Shown here: positions 16,101 through 16,171 of the stretch, piece after piece
Layout: every line of letters begins with the position of its first letter
How positions within the stretch are numbered: position 1 is the stretch's first letter
DNA from: Nanobdellota archaeon
GTDB taxonomy: Archaea > Nanobdellota > Nanobdellia > Pacearchaeales > GW2011-AR1
Assembly: GCA_038045945.1 (NCBI GenBank)
Contig: JBBSXC010000002.1
Location: 1-16,171, forward strand
Direction of reading: 5' to 3'
DNA: 16,171 nucleotides
Position numbers and translations under genes: made by a program
The notes under the pieces: generated by a model
Database searches by the model: none
What the model was told of the DNA's origin: nothing
Seen by the model: only the letters and a program-made list of their open reading frames with translations

Positions 16101-16171
16101 TTATGCTGCTGCTGCCGCTGTTGCTGTTAGTGTGCTTGATAGTGCTCCTGTTGATCCGTCGTATGGTACTG
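16101..16171 (-). CDS. 3' end of a third paralog (A), truncated by the window edge
   Basis: Encodes ...VPYDGSTGALSSTLTATAAAAA*, identical to the C-terminus of 14555-15199. Not in the ORF track. Confidence 0.85.
   Translation of the reverse strand, partial: VPYDGSTGALSSTLTATAAAAA

Noticed and set aside
14555-16171. Diversity-generating retroelement TR/VR pair suggested by the 71-bp repeat at a gene 3' end
   Set aside because: There are only two mismatches, both synonymous, with the adenine in opposite copies. Both copies are coding, and no reverse transcriptase is in the window.
1-16171. CRISPR array, tRNA/rRNA genes or IS elements
   Set aside because: No regularly spaced repeats, structured RNA-sized gaps or transposase motifs were seen. 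Intergenic gaps are about 120 nt or shorter.
1-16171. Alternative genetic code or stop-codon readthrough
   Set aside because: The standard code gives full-length, densely packed genes, and the apparent gap at 1-3482 is an ORF running off the edge.

Overview
AT-rich window with all real genes on the minus strand. It is probably from a DPANN archaeon such as Pacearchaeota or Woesearchaeota (inferred from archaeal TATA boxes, a GAGGTG ribosome-binding site and sequon-saturated secreted proteins). In transcription order (right to left) it holds: the 3' end of a small secreted beta-rich paralog, a 203-aa paralog, a ~64-aa membrane mini-protein, a 214-aa paralog, a 386-aa membrane-anchored Ig-like protein, a ~141-aa membrane Ig-like protein, two large cadherin/Ig-repeat surface proteins (~647 and 1389 aa), a MoxR AAA+ / DUF58 / BatA-like VWA triad, and a >1160-aa surface protein (beta-helix + LamG + Cys-rich repeats). 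The last gene runs off the left edge and is missing from the ORF track. My main hypothesis is a cell-surface filament/adhesion system. It would combine tandem pilin-like subunits with a candidate N-terminal donor strand, a membrane-tethered 'donor-strand-only' mini-protein, giant glycosylated adhesins and a MoxR chaperone module. All + strand ORFs look like antisense shadows. Domain calls come from motifs read by eye; no searches were run.
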